A stretch of 64,000 bases of DNA, from contig JAMCXO010000002.1 in NCBI GenBank assembly GCA_023473545.1, forward strand, positions 6,340-70,339. The letters run 5' to 3'. The notes beneath the pieces were generated by a model. The model was not told the origin of the DNA and did no database searches. It saw only the letters and a list, made by a program, of their open reading frames with translations. Source of the stretch: Patescibacteria group bacterium (GTDB lineage: Bacteria; Patescibacteriota; Microgenomatia; Levybacterales; UBA12049). Made by a program: the position numbers and the translations under genes. Each line of letters starts with the position of its first letter. The stretch's first letter is position 1. This document shows positions 9,716 to 19,705 of this stretch, piece after piece.

Positions 9716-11839
9716 TTAATTTATCTCCTGAGGATTTTGCAGAAACTGCTCGGGGTTTTTTATCATTACATCCCTAGGCTTTGCGCCTTCTCCCGGCCCG
9801 ACTATACCAGCATCCTCAAGCTGGTCTAGAATCCGGGCAGCCCTTGCGTACCCAATCGAAAGCCTTCTTTGCAAAAGAGACGACGATGCCCTGTCGTGCT
9901 GGCAAACTATCCTGACCGCTTCTTCAAAAAGCGGATCCTTTCCGTCCGAGCCAGTTATCATATTACCCTTTTTAAGAGATACCTGCTGTCTCACAACCTC
10001 TTCCGTGTACTCAACATGAGGCGCCTTTGTTCTTAGGTAATCTGCGATTCTTTTTACCTCTTTATCGGAAACAAATGTTCCCTGTATTCTGGTCGGTTTA
10101 GCCTGGTCAGGCGGAATATAGAGCATGTCTCCCCGCCCTAAAAGCTTTTCCGCTCCCGGCATATCAATGATAACCCTGGAGTCAATCATGGAGGAAACGT
10201 TAAAAGCAATCCTGCAGGGAATGTTTGCCTTAATAAGGCCGGTAATAACGTTTACCGATGGCCTTTGTGTAGATAGCACCAGATGGATTCCTGTGGCTCT
10301 TGCCATCTGGGCAAGCCTCGCGATCGCATCCTCAACCTCAACAGGCGCAAAGGCCATCAAATCCGCCAGTTCATCTATAACAATTACGATATAGGGAAGT
10401 GCCTGAAAACCGGAAAGCTCGTTATAGGAATCTATATTTCTAACCCCGGCCTCCGCAAAGATCTTGTAGCGCTCATCCATCTGTTTCATTGCCCATTTTA
10501 AAGAAGAAAGAATTTGATCCGTCTCAACTATCACCGGAGTCAAAAGATGGGGAATACCATTGTAGGTCGTTAACTCAACCCGTTTCGGATCAATTAAAAT
10601 CAACTTCACCTCGGAGGGGGATGCCCTGAAAAGGATGGAAGAAATAACAGAATTGATCATAACGGATTTTCCCGATCCAGTTGTACCGGCAATAAGAACA
10701 TGGGGCATTTTGGCAATATCCGCCACAAAAGGATTGCCGGACACATCAAGCCCCAGGGCAAAGGTGAGTTTTGATTTATTCTTTCGCATGGCAGTTGAAG
10801 AAAGCATGGTTTTAAGGGATACCACCTCAAGGGAGCGATTGGGAATTTCTATGCCAACCAGGTTTCGTCCCGGGATAGGGGCTTCTATGCGTATTTGTCC
10901 TGTGGGCGCTTCTGTTGCCAAAGCCAAATCATTGGCTAGAGAAGTAATCTTTGAAACCTTTGTTCCCAAAGCTATCTCTAAAGCGTATTGCGTAACAGCA
11001 GGACCAAGATTAACCTCAACCACCCTAGCCTCTATACCAAAACTCTGAAGTGTTCTTTCTATGATGGTTGCTATACGTTTCACATCGCCCCTGTCGGCTT
11101 TTTTGCCCGGGTTATCATCCAAAAGATTTAAAGATGGGTATTCCCACATGAGCGAACCTGTCAGGGCGTTACTCACCAATTTTTCCGAGAGATTAGGAGT
11201 TTCTTGATGCGGCTCTTTCCGAGAAGGCAAGGCTACGGTCTGGGCGCTTGACATATTGGCAATATCCCTGCTCCCTCCCTTTATAGCTATGGACTTGCTA
11301 TTAACAATCAATGGCTTTTTAGTTTTAAATACGGAAAAAATTCTTTTTGGGAAGAATCTATAGACATTATCCTTAGCAAGGATAATCATTCCCAATAATT
11401 CGTCAAAAGAGGTGTCAAAAAAAACAATGACACCAACCACTATACCGCCTGCAAAAACAAATTTCGAACCAATATCGGTTAAGAAACTCGACAGAAAAAA
11501 GAATAACTGGCTTCCCATAGAACCGCTTCTGGATATGCCTATCAGGGATATAAAAAATAAAAGAAAACCTAAGGCAACATTTGGCTGGGAGAGAAAAATT
11601 TTTAGCCTAAGAAATAAGAAAGCGAAAAACAAAAGAACAAAAGGCAAAAGAATAGAAAGAAAACCAAACTTTTTATCCAGGAAAGAGTTTAGAAATAAAA
11701 AATTACTGCCGGAGGGCAAAAATGATAAAAACGCCAAAACGCTTGACAGTATCAATCCTATAGCAAAGATTGTGTATATTGTTTCGTTTTTGAGCCGTAA
11801 TTTAAATGACTTTCGCCTATAGCTTCTTTTGCGCGCCAT
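9716..11839 (-). CDS. ftsK: DNA translocase FtsK/SpoIIIE
   Basis: 4 TM N-terminus, PHVLIAGTTGSGKS, LIDPKRVEL, IDELADLM, STQRPS, gamma domain SLLQRRLSIGYARAAR. Confidence 0.97.
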   Translation of the reverse strand: MARKRSYRRKSFKLRLKNETIYTIFAIGLILSSVLAFLSFLPSGSNFLFLNSFLDKKFGFLSILLPFVLLFFAFLFLRLKIFLSQPNVALGFLLFFISLIGISRSGSMGSQLFFFLSSFLTDIGSKFVFAGGIVVGVIVFFDTSFDELLGMIILAKDNVYRFFPKRIFSVFKTKKPLIVNSKSIAIKGGSRDIANMSSAQTVALPSRKEPHQETPNLSEKLVSNALTGSLMWEYPSLNLLDDNPGKKADRGDVKRIATIIERTLQSFGIEARVVEVNLGPAVTQYALEIALGTKVSKITSLANDLALATEAPTGQIRIEAPIPGRNLVGIEIPNRSLEVVSLKTMLSSTAMRKNKSKLTFALGLDVSGNPFVADIAKMPHVLIAGTTGSGKSVMINSVISSILFRASPSEVKLILIDPKRVELTTYNGIPHLLTPVIVETDQILSSLKWAMKQMDERYKIFAEAGVRNIDSYNELSGFQALPYIVIVIDELADLMAFAPVEVEDAIARLAQMARATGIHLVLSTQRPSVNVITGLIKANIPCRIAFNVSSMIDSRVIIDMPGAEKLLGRGDMLYIPPDQAKPTRIQGTFVSDKEVKRIADYLRTKAPHVEYTEEVVRQQVSLKKGNMITGSDGKDPLFEEAVRIVCQHDRASSSLLQRRLSIGYARAARILDQLEDAGIVGPGEGAKPRDVMIKNPEQFLQNPQEIN

Positions 11840-11862
11840 AAAATTATTATATCACTGATGCT

Positions 11863-13524
11863 CTATACCTCAATCACAATGGGAAGAACAAGCGGCCTGC
11901 GGTAAAAATCTTTAAACAAGCGTTTCGCTACCACATCGCCTAAAAGCCTTCTAATGTATATCCAGTTGATAACCTTCTCATTCTTTACGCCTACTGCCTT
12001 CCTGAAATCCGCCCTCACCCTTTTTTCTAATCCCCCAAGGCTTCGAAGAGTAAAACCTTTAATAATAATGTCTATTCTGCCGACTATCTTTGCCGAAACC
12101 GAATCAACCTGCGCCAGAACAATGACCATTCCGCCCTCTGAAAGCCGCTGCCTGTCCCTAAGGACAAAGCTCTCAATTTCTTCTCCTGAAATCTCATCAA
12201 CGTAGACCTTTTTTACAGGCACTTTTTTGCCCGGCATTGCAGAGGAGCCGGTAAAAATTACCTCCTGTCCGTCCTCTACCAGAAAAATGTCGTTTTTTCT
12301 ATAACCAAGCTTTTGGGCCAGGTTTCTGTACAAAAGCATGTGCCTAAAAGAACCCCCAATCGGCAGAAGCTTTTTGGGCCTTACCAGGGATATAAGTTTT
12401 TCCATCTCGCCTAAAGAGGCATGGCCTGAAACATGAAAATCCCTAGTCATAGGGGAATAAAGCACGCGCGTTCCTTTCTTGGCAATCTCATCTACCAGTT
12501 CGTAAATAGATAATTCGTTTCCGGGAATCGGATCCGAGGAAAAAATAACCGTATCCGAATCAGACAATACAACGTTTCTCTGCGTGCCGTTAACAATCCT
12601 TGAGATTGCCGAATCCTCCTGTCCCTGAGTACCGGCAACTATCAAGGTAAGCGATGAGTCTAAATGATTTTTAAGATTATCTACCTCCACCTCCTCTTCA
12701 TCCTTCAGGTCGAGGTAGCCTAATTTTTTACCCGCCTCTTTAATCTTCGCAAGAGAACGGCCTATAAAACATATTTTTCTGCCGGCTTTTCTGGAAACTT
12801 CTATTACCTGATTAAGACGCGCGATATTTGAGGAATAGGTCGTTACAATAAATTTACCTCTGCATTTTTCTATTTCTCTCAAAAAATTTTCTGTTATATT
12901 TATCTCGGAGGGGGTTTTCTCTAATCTCTCGGCTCCTAGACAATCAGACATTAAAGCCGCCACTCCCGACCTAGCTAGTCTTTCTATTTTTTCATAATCC
13001 GTTTTTCTGCCGTCATACGGCGCGTCATCCAACTTAAAATCACTGCCGTGATAAAAATTACCAACCGGCGTCTCGATAAAGATATGGGCCGTGTCCGGAA
13101 TGGAATGGGTAACCCGTATAAAGCTTATTTTAAAATGCCCAACAGAAACAATCTGACTGTCAAAATCCACCGTTTTCGCTTCGGCTTTAACGCCAAACTC
13201 CTTTAGTTTCTCATTTGCCAAATAAGAAGTAAGGGTTGAACCGTAGATTGGAAAAGCGGGCAGCTGGGGCAGAACAAAAGGCAGGGCTCCGATATGATCT
13301 TCGTGTCCGTGGGTTAACACCATGCCCACAATTTTTTTCGATTTTAAAAGGGTTAATAAATATGAAACATCGGGAAACAAAAGATCTGCCCCAAGCATAG
13401 TTTCATCGGCAAAGCCTATGCCGCAATCAATAATCAGTATTTCATCTTTATAGATATAAAGATACATGTTTTTTGTCACGTCGCCGACGCCTCCCAGAGG
13501 AATAAAAGAAATCTGGTTATCCAT
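11863..13524 (-). CDS. rnj: Ribonuclease J
   Basis: IPLGGVGDVTKNM, THGHEDHIG, THSIPD, HVSGHA. Confidence 0.95.
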   Translation of the reverse strand: MDNQISFIPLGGVGDVTKNMYLYIYKDEILIIDCGIGFADETMLGADLLFPDVSYLLTLLKSKKIVGMVLTHGHEDHIGALPFVLPQLPAFPIYGSTLTSYLANEKLKEFGVKAEAKTVDFDSQIVSVGHFKISFIRVTHSIPDTAHIFIETPVGNFYHGSDFKLDDAPYDGRKTDYEKIERLARSGVAALMSDCLGAERLEKTPSEINITENFLREIEKCRGKFIVTTYSSNIARLNQVIEVSRKAGRKICFIGRSLAKIKEAGKKLGYLDLKDEEEVEVDNLKNHLDSSLTLIVAGTQGQEDSAISRIVNGTQRNVVLSDSDTVIFSSDPIPGNELSIYELVDEIAKKGTRVLYSPMTRDFHVSGHASLGEMEKLISLVRPKKLLPIGGSFRHMLLYRNLAQKLGYRKNDIFLVEDGQEVIFTGSSAMPGKKVPVKKVYVDEISGEEIESFVLRDRQRLSEGGMVIVLAQVDSVSAKIVGRIDIIIKGFTLRSLGGLEKRVRADFRKAVGVKNEKVINWIYIRRLLGDVVAKRLFKDFYRRPLVLPIVIEV

Positions 13525-13527
13525 AGA

Positions 13528-14634
13528 TTAGATCTGGGGCAAAAACTCCTTTATATTTGTGCTGTTTATAGTAATGGATTGGATCTTGCCTTCGACAATA
13601 AGCCTGGCGGTTTTTCGGCAGATACCATCTATTGTTCTTCCCAAACTTCTAATGCCCGAATCAAATCCCAAAGGACGAATAATAAATGGCCAAAGATTGG
13701 GATCAATGGTTAACTGATTCGCCAAAAGCCCTGTTTCTTCTCTCGTCTTTGGAAAAAGATAATCCCTGCCTATGATGATCTTTTCCTCATCCGTGTAAGA
13801 GGGCATCTGTATTATTTCGAGTCTGTCCAGAACAGCGTTTGAAATATTTGTGGTGTTATTAGCAGTAGCAATAAACAATACTTCCGATAAATCAAAAGGG
13901 AAATCTATGTAGTGATCTGTAAAGTTCATATTCTGCTCCGAATCCAAAAGCTCAACCAAAACCCCCATTACATCGGACCTGGCATCGGAAGAAATCCTGT
14001 CCAGCTCATCCAAAAGGATGACACAGTTTTTTGTTTGGGCATGGGATAACCTTTTAACAATGTAGCCGGGCTCGGCATCGGGAAAAGCGCGGGATTGACC
14101 CCGAAGCGCCCTGGCATCGCCCATTCCTCCAAAAGGAATCCTTTCAAACCTTCTGCCCAGAACCTGAGCTACCGACGCGGCGAATGTTGTTTTTCCTGTT
14201 CCGGGCAAACCGACAAAACATAAAATAGGCGCCTTAGTAATATAAAACCCCTGTTTAAGATTAAGCATAATAAGAGCCAAATACTCCAAGATCCTATCCT
14301 TTATATTCTGCATGCCGTAATGATTCTTGTCTAGAATTTTTTTGGCCATGTTTAAATCAAGAACATCCTGGCTTTTGTTATTCCAGGGGAGTCCGACCGC
14401 CCAATTTACGTAAGAGGCGGTTGACTCATATTCCAAGATATAGTTAGCGCTTAAAAACCCAGCGCTGGCCCTCAAAAGAGCCAGTCTCTGAATCCTTGAA
14501 ATCAAATTATCTTTTAAATCCTTGGGAAGGATTGCCTTTTCTATCTTTTCTCCCAAGCGGCGGATTTGATCGTTAGTATCCTGTTTCAATTTAATCTGCG
14601 CGTCTGACGGGGTTGGTGTAGCGTTACTGTCCAT
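13528..14634 (-). CDS. Lon-protease-type AAA+ ATPase module lacking the N-terminal and protease domains
   Basis: LPWN...AKKILDKNHYGMQNIKDRILEYLA, PILCFVGLPGTGKTT, VILLDELD, FTDHYIDFPFDLSEVLFIATAN; ends where the Lon protease domain would begin. Confidence 0.85.
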   Translation of the reverse strand: MDSNATPTPSDAQIKLKQDTNDQIRRLGEKIEKAILPKDLKDNLISRIQRLALLRASAGFLSANYILEYESTASYVNWAVGLPWNNKSQDVLDLNMAKKILDKNHYGMQNIKDRILEYLALIMLNLKQGFYITKAPILCFVGLPGTGKTTFAASVAQVLGRRFERIPFGGMGDARALRGQSRAFPDAEPGYIVKRLSHAQTKNCVILLDELDRISSDARSDVMGVLVELLDSEQNMNFTDHYIDFPFDLSEVLFIATANNTTNISNAVLDRLEIIQMPSYTDEEKIIIGRDYLFPKTREETGLLANQLTIDPNLWPFIIRPLGFDSGIRSLGRTIDGICRKTARLIVEGKIQSITINSTNIKEFLPQI

Positions 14635-14734
14635 AATTAATAATTAATATCTTACTACAAGTAAAATGTAAATGCTATTCCGACTTAATAGTAACAGGAT
14701 TTGTTAAAGAAAGCGAGCGAATGGCCTTCAGATT

Positions 14735-16996
14735 CTAATAATGAGGTTTTTTAAATGGCCTTTCCCTTCTTGAGGAAGACTGGGATTCCCGCTGCCAGTT
14801 TCTCCCCCCTTGACTTTGATATCTTTCTCTTCTGAACTGCATCGACAGAGGATGTTCGCGTCTTTGGGAATCAGGCCTCTCTTTTTTCTGTCCAAAATCT
14901 TTGCGCATAGACAGGTTTATTCTGCCTTGTTCATCTATTTCCCTAACCGTTACCTTTACCCTGTCGCCAATCTTAACCAACTGATGAGGGTCATTGACAA
15001 AGCCGTCTGACATTTCGGATACGTGAACCATTCCTTCCTTCCCCGGTGTTAACTCTACAAAAGCGCCAAAAGGAAGAATCCTTTTTACTTCTCCTTCAAA
15101 GACCTCCCCCACGCCAATTTCCCGGGTTATACTTTCAATCCAGGCTACCGCCTGATCGAGCGAGTCCTTATCCGTTCCCGTAACCGTTACGGATCCGTCA
15201 TCTTCAACGTCAACCGTTACGCCTGTTTTGGCCATGATGTTTTTTATGACCCTTCCGCCCGGACCAATCAGCTCCCCTATTTTATCTACAGGAATATGGA
15301 TAAGCTTTATCTTAGGGGCGTAATCGGAAAGCTTTGATCTGGTGTCCGGCATTACCTGAAGCATTTTTTCAAGAATAAAAAGCCTGCCTTTCCTTGCCCT
15401 TTCCAGAATCTCTCCTATCTGTGTTATTGTTAGTCCTGGAATTTTTACATCAAGCTGAATTGCCGTAATGCCATCTCTTGTTCCCGCCACCTTAAAATCC
15501 ATATCCCCTGAAAAATCCTCCAAACCAATAATGTCGGTTAGGATGACATACTGATCTTCGTTTGACACAAGCCCCATGGCAACCCCGGCAACAGGCTTTA
15601 AGATAGGAACACCCGCGTCCATCAAAGAAAGGGTTGATCCGCAAACAGAGGCCATCGAGGTTGATCCGTTGGAAGAAAGAATTTCCGATACCACTCTTAT
15701 CGTGTAGGGAAACCTATCCTGATTTGGGACAACGGCGACAAGCGCCCTCTCGGCCAATGCGCCATGACCTATCTCGCGTCTTGAAGGAACACCAATCCGG
15801 CCTGTTTCCCCGACAGAATAAGGAGGCATAGAATAATGGTGTATATAACGCTTTGATTCTTCTCCTTCGGGAGACTCTATTAACTGCTCCATTCGCGGGG
15901 AGCCTAGTGTTACAACGGTTAAAGCCTGCGTATCTCCGCGCTGAAAAATCGCAGAGCCGTGAGTTCTGGGCAAAACCGAAACCTCGGAGGCTATTGGACG
16001 AATTTCATCTATGCCGCGGCCATCCGGCCTTTTGCCTTTAGCTATTATATTTTCCCTTACTGCGGCAAAAAATACCTTTTCAAAGGCCTTGGCAACCATT
16101 TTTTTATCTATTCCGCTTTCCGGATTAGAGATCTTTTCCGATTCAAAAATTGAATCTATGATCTGTTCTTCCTCTGGGCTATTTGCTTCTTTCGAGGCGC
16201 TTTTAGGTATAAGGGCGGCGATTTCCGCCCCGTAGCTTTTCTTTATTTCGGAAACTAAATCCAAGAACAGCGGGTCTTTTTGCGCTATCTGTTTTTTCTT
16301 GCCTATCTTCTTGGCAATATCCTCTATAAAATTTATTACCTTGGCTGTCTCATCATGCGCCTTTTTTATAGCCGACAAAACGACTGTCTCGGACACATCC
16401 GAGGCGCCTGCTTCAATCATGACTGTTTTGTCTTTATTCTGCGACAAAACCATATCGAGTTCCGAAAGATCAATTTCTCCCTTGCCCGGATTAATAATGT
16501 ACTCCTCGTTGCCGTTATCCTTTTCCTTAACATATCCAATCCTTACCGCCGCAACAGGCCCTGCCCAGGGAATAGAGGAAATACTAAGGGCAAAAGAGGT
16601 AGCAACTATAGACAAAATATCTGGCTCATTTTCTCCATCAACAGACAGCACGGTAACAATAATCTGAACCTCTTTTGTGTATTCTTTTGGGAATAGGGGC
16701 CGTATAGATCTGTCTATCAGCCTTGCGGTTAAGATTGAATCATCGCTTGGCCTTCCTTCTCTTTTAACCCATCTGCTGCCCTTTATTCTTCCGCCCGCGT
16801 ATAATCTTTCCACGTATTCTATAGTCAGAGGAAAATAGCCCAAATCCGGTCTTTCCTTGCCCTCCACCACTGTTACAAGAACCATGGTGTCTCCTAAACG
16901 CGCCAAAACAGAGGCGGTCGCCTGTTTGGCAACCTTGCCAATGGTAAGGGTTAAATTTTTCCCTCCAAATTCCAGATTAAATGATTGCTGTTCCAT
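14735..16996 (-). CDS. pnp: Polyribonucleotide nucleotidyltransferase (PNPase)
   Basis: RLIDRSIRPLFP, RREIGHGALAERAL, SNGSTSMASVC, GDMDFKVAGT, KH and S1 domains. Confidence 0.98.
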   Translation of the reverse strand: MEQQSFNLEFGGKNLTLTIGKVAKQATASVLARLGDTMVLVTVVEGKERPDLGYFPLTIEYVERLYAGGRIKGSRWVKREGRPSDDSILTARLIDRSIRPLFPKEYTKEVQIIVTVLSVDGENEPDILSIVATSFALSISSIPWAGPVAAVRIGYVKEKDNGNEEYIINPGKGEIDLSELDMVLSQNKDKTVMIEAGASDVSETVVLSAIKKAHDETAKVINFIEDIAKKIGKKKQIAQKDPLFLDLVSEIKKSYGAEIAALIPKSASKEANSPEEEQIIDSIFESEKISNPESGIDKKMVAKAFEKVFFAAVRENIIAKGKRPDGRGIDEIRPIASEVSVLPRTHGSAIFQRGDTQALTVVTLGSPRMEQLIESPEGEESKRYIHHYSMPPYSVGETGRIGVPSRREIGHGALAERALVAVVPNQDRFPYTIRVVSEILSSNGSTSMASVCGSTLSLMDAGVPILKPVAGVAMGLVSNEDQYVILTDIIGLEDFSGDMDFKVAGTRDGITAIQLDVKIPGLTITQIGEILERARKGRLFILEKMLQVMPDTRSKLSDYAPKIKLIHIPVDKIGELIGPGGRVIKNIMAKTGVTVDVEDDGSVTVTGTDKDSLDQAVAWIESITREIGVGEVFEGEVKRILPFGAFVELTPGKEGMVHVSEMSDGFVNDPHQLVKIGDRVKVTVREIDEQGRINLSMRKDFGQKKERPDSQRREHPLSMQFRRERYQSQGGRNWQRESQSSSRRERPFKKPHY

Positions 16997-17004
16997 AAAA
17001 TAAA

Positions 17005-17274
17005 TTAATCCGCGGTCTTAATAACAGAAAGCATTTTTGATGATCTTTTTTTATCCACCTTAGCTAAAAAATTCATAAGCCTCCGTCTTTTCGAGATCAT
17101 AGACAAAAGACCGCGCCTGCTTCTCATGTCGTGCCCATGCATTTTTAAATGCGATGTTACCTTGGTAATTCTCTCTGTTAAAAGGGCAATCTGCACTTCA
17201 GGACTGCCTGTGTCTCCTTTAACCGTTTGAAACTTTTCGATTATCTTCTTTTTGTCTACCGAACTAAGTGGCAT
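17005..17274 (-). CDS. rpsO: 30S ribosomal protein S15
   Basis: GDTGSPEVQIALLT...SRRGLL; directly upstream of pnp. Confidence 0.97.
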   Translation of the reverse strand: MPLSSVDKKKIIEKFQTVKGDTGSPEVQIALLTERITKVTSHLKMHGHDMRSRRGLLSMISKRRRLMNFLAKVDKKRSSKMLSVIKTAD

Positions 17275-17466
17275 AATACTCTAGCTTCCTTTTTATTAAT
17301 CTTTAATAAGACAATTTCTATTATATCACCTTTTTCTCCAACTCTCAATGCATATTTCTCTAATCGTTCGAGGGCTCCCAAAACAGACATGGGGTTTTGG
17401 CAATTTTGATTAACCCTTTGCCTAAAATTTTATTTCTTTGGGAAATCCTAACCTATTGCCTGACTT

Positions 17467-17491
17467 ATTGCCCTCAAGAATTGCCCTCAAG
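17467..17491 (+). repeat. Direct repeat ATTGCCCTCAAG x2 immediately upstream of TTGACA (17496-17501) of the dsbA-like gene
   Basis: Copies at 17467-17478 and 17480-17491, with a degenerate third copy near 17455. Confidence 0.7.
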
Positions 17492-17522
17492 GTTATTGAC
17501 AACTAATAAATAATTCCTTAAA

Positions 17523-18479
17523 ATGTATCTCATGCCGGCTAAAATAAAAAAGACAACTGCTAAAAAGGCTTCTTTGCCTAAACGGATTCAAGGCGCATCA
17601 AGACCTCAATTTTCTTCCGAAAAGATCATTGAGCCCGAATATTTAAGCGTAAATCAAAAACAAACAAAACCCTACACCGCTATTCTTATAGTTCTGCTTA
17701 TTGTTGCCGGATTTTTTATCGGCATGCTTTACACAAAAGTACAATACCTGGAAAAGAACCAGCAGGACAACCAAAAAACCACAACTGTGGGCACTGCCGC
17801 AGCCCCTGCCGGTATTGGACCTTTACATGTTGCCAAGGTAATTGGTATGGATCCTGCCAAATTTAAATCTTGTTTAGAATCTAATAAATACGAGGCTCTT
17901 GTTAAGAGTGATCTTGCGGCCGGTCAAAAAGCCGGGGTGAACGGAACACCAACTACTTTTATTGATGGTTATCCTATGGTAGGCGCTCAACCCTATTCTG
18001 CGTTTAAAACCTTCATTGACCAAGAGCTTGCTAAATCTCAAGGCGGAACCCTGCCGATCGCGATTGTAGGCAAGGCTTACGCAGATTCTAAGATTCTGGC
18101 GCAGGCAAATAATCCCGCTGGACAAGTCTCGGCAATTCCCACACCGGCCAGGGTATCGGTTGGGCTGGGACGGTTTCCGATCATGGGCAATAAAAACGCG
18201 CCGGTAACCGTGGTTGAATTCGCAGATTTCCAATGCCCCTTTTGCGAAAGATGGTTCAAGGATGTAGAGCCGCAACTTATAAAAGACTATGTTAATACAG
18301 GCAAGATAAAGTTTGCCTATAGAAATTACGCGTTTTTGGGACAGGATTCTATCACCGCGGCAGAAGGCGCATATTGCGCTAACGAGCAGGGAAAATTCTG
18401 GGCTTACCACGATTTTATGTTTAACCACCAACAGCAGGAAAACTCCGGCTGGGCAAGTAAAGCAAATTTAGAAGAATAG
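17523..18479 (+). CDS. Membrane-anchored DsbA/BdbD-like thiol-disulfide oxidoreductase with permuted domain order
   Basis: TM anchor, then GVNGTPTTFIDG..GAQPY (cis-Pro half) preceding EFADFQCPFC...AAEGAYCANEQGKFWAYHD (CxxC half). Confidence 0.85.
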   Translation: MYLMPAKIKKTTAKKASLPKRIQGASRPQFSSEKIIEPEYLSVNQKQTKPYTAILIVLLIVAGFFIGMLYTKVQYLEKNQQDNQKTTTVGTAAAPAGIGPLHVAKVIGMDPAKFKSCLESNKYEALVKSDLAAGQKAGVNGTPTTFIDGYPMVGAQPYSAFKTFIDQELAKSQGGTLPIAIVGKAYADSKILAQANNPAGQVSAIPTPARVSVGLGRFPIMGNKNAPVTVVEFADFQCPFCERWFKDVEPQLIKDYVNTGKIKFAYRNYAFLGQDSITAAEGAYCANEQGKFWAYHDFMFNHQQQENSGWASKANLEE

Positions 18480-18491
18480 GTCTATAAAATC

Positions 18492-18764
18492 CTAGGTTAT
18501 TATCCGAAAATCCCGAAAGTCTTCTTTAATATCCTCCCGAATGACTTCAAGATTTTTTATCTCAGCCAAAAACGGTCCTTTCCCAGAAACCATAATCACT
18601 GTCTTGATATTTTTTTCCGAACCCTGAAAAAGCGCCTCTACCTTGTTATCCCGGGTATTTCTAACCCAACCGACAATTCCCAAATTTTCCGCGTTTTTCT
18701 TGATAAAACGTCTAAACCCAACCCCCTGCACGAAACCCGAAATAAAGATATGCGCCTGTTGCAT
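18492..18764 (-). CDS. acyP: Acylphosphatase
   Basis: ISGFVQGVGFRR...GWVRN..VEA. Confidence 0.93.
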   Translation of the reverse strand: MQQAHIFISGFVQGVGFRRFIKKNAENLGIVGWVRNTRDNKVEALFQGSEKNIKTVIMVSGKGPFLAEIKNLEVIREDIKEDFRDFRIIT

Positions 18765-18772
18765 GCTAAGAT

Positions 18773-19024
18773 TTATGATTTAAGTTCTTTCAACTTCCAC
18801 ATAAAAAGCGCGCCTTTATTCTTTGCTTTTGAATCCGAAACATAAGAAAGCGCTTTTTCCAAGACCGAACGGTGTACTGTTTTTGCCAATTTTATGTAAA
18901 GGCTTTTATGCTTTAAGTCATCCAGTTCCTCCGCCAAATAAATTCCAAATAACTGAAATTCTCGGGAAACATATTTATCTTTTGTTGGATTAAAGTCTTT
19001 AAGGATTTGTCTTATGGACTGCAT
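18773..19024 (-). CDS. Hypothetical protein
   Basis: 83-aa ORF packed in the pth-acyP operon. Confidence 0.7.
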   Translation of the reverse strand: MQSIRQILKDFNPTKDKYVSREFQLFGIYLAEELDDLKHKSLYIKLAKTVHRSVLEKALSYVSDSKAKNKGALFMWKLKELKS

Positions 19025-19040
19025 ATTAAAAATATTAATA

Positions 19041-19658
19041 TTATTTAGTATTAAATCTGTTCATGGCGTAGTTAGGACCGTTTTCCAAGGCTTCCTGAAT
19101 CGCCTTTGACCCTCTTTTTATAAGTTCCCTTACCTTTCCCCATTCCTGGGCGGTAAATTTAGACAGAACAAAATCCTCAACGTTTTTAACTCTTTGATTC
19201 TTGATTGTTGATTTTTGATTCTTCCGTCCTATCCCCATTCTAAATCGCCAGAATTTATCTGTCCCCAAGCTTTTTATTATTGAATCAATTCCATGATGCC
19301 CGGCCGATGCGCCGGCAAACCGAATGCGAATACTGCCCAAAGGCAAATCTATATCATCATGCACAACCCAGATATCGCTACTCTGCATCTTGTAATAGGC
19401 GGCAAGCAACTCAACTGACATGCCGGAATTATTCATATAGGTTTTGGGCTTGGCCAAAATTACCTTTTCTGTTTGCCCGTGTTTTCTCTGCCATTCCATC
19501 TGAAAAACACTGCTCTTCATTTTTTTTTGGTCATTCCAGACAGTCTTCTCAACAGATTCAAAATCCTTTAAAAATCTTTCAACAATCATAAATCCCAGGT
19601 TATGTCTGGTTTTTTCGTATCTATCGCCCGGATTGCCAAGGCCGACAATCAGTTTCAT
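19041..19658 (-). CDS. pth: Peptidyl-tRNA hydrolase
   Basis: LIVGLGNPG..YEKTRHNLGF, KPKTYMNNSG, VHDDIDLP, AGHHG, RFRMGIGR. Confidence 0.96.
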   Translation of the reverse strand: MKLIVGLGNPGDRYEKTRHNLGFMIVERFLKDFESVEKTVWNDQKKMKSSVFQMEWQRKHGQTEKVILAKPKTYMNNSGMSVELLAAYYKMQSSDIWVVHDDIDLPLGSIRIRFAGASAGHHGIDSIIKSLGTDKFWRFRMGIGRKNQKSTIKNQRVKNVEDFVLSKFTAQEWGKVRELIKRGSKAIQEALENGPNYAMNRFNTK

Positions 19659-19705
19659 AAATAATTTAAGATTTAATATTCATTTTCCTAAATTCCTAAC
19701 GCGTG

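Noticed and set aside
17275-17330. S15 autoregulatory leader
   Set aside because: Only a weak AT-rich hairpin (TTATTAA-N3-TTAATAA) is visible; no recognisable known leader fold.
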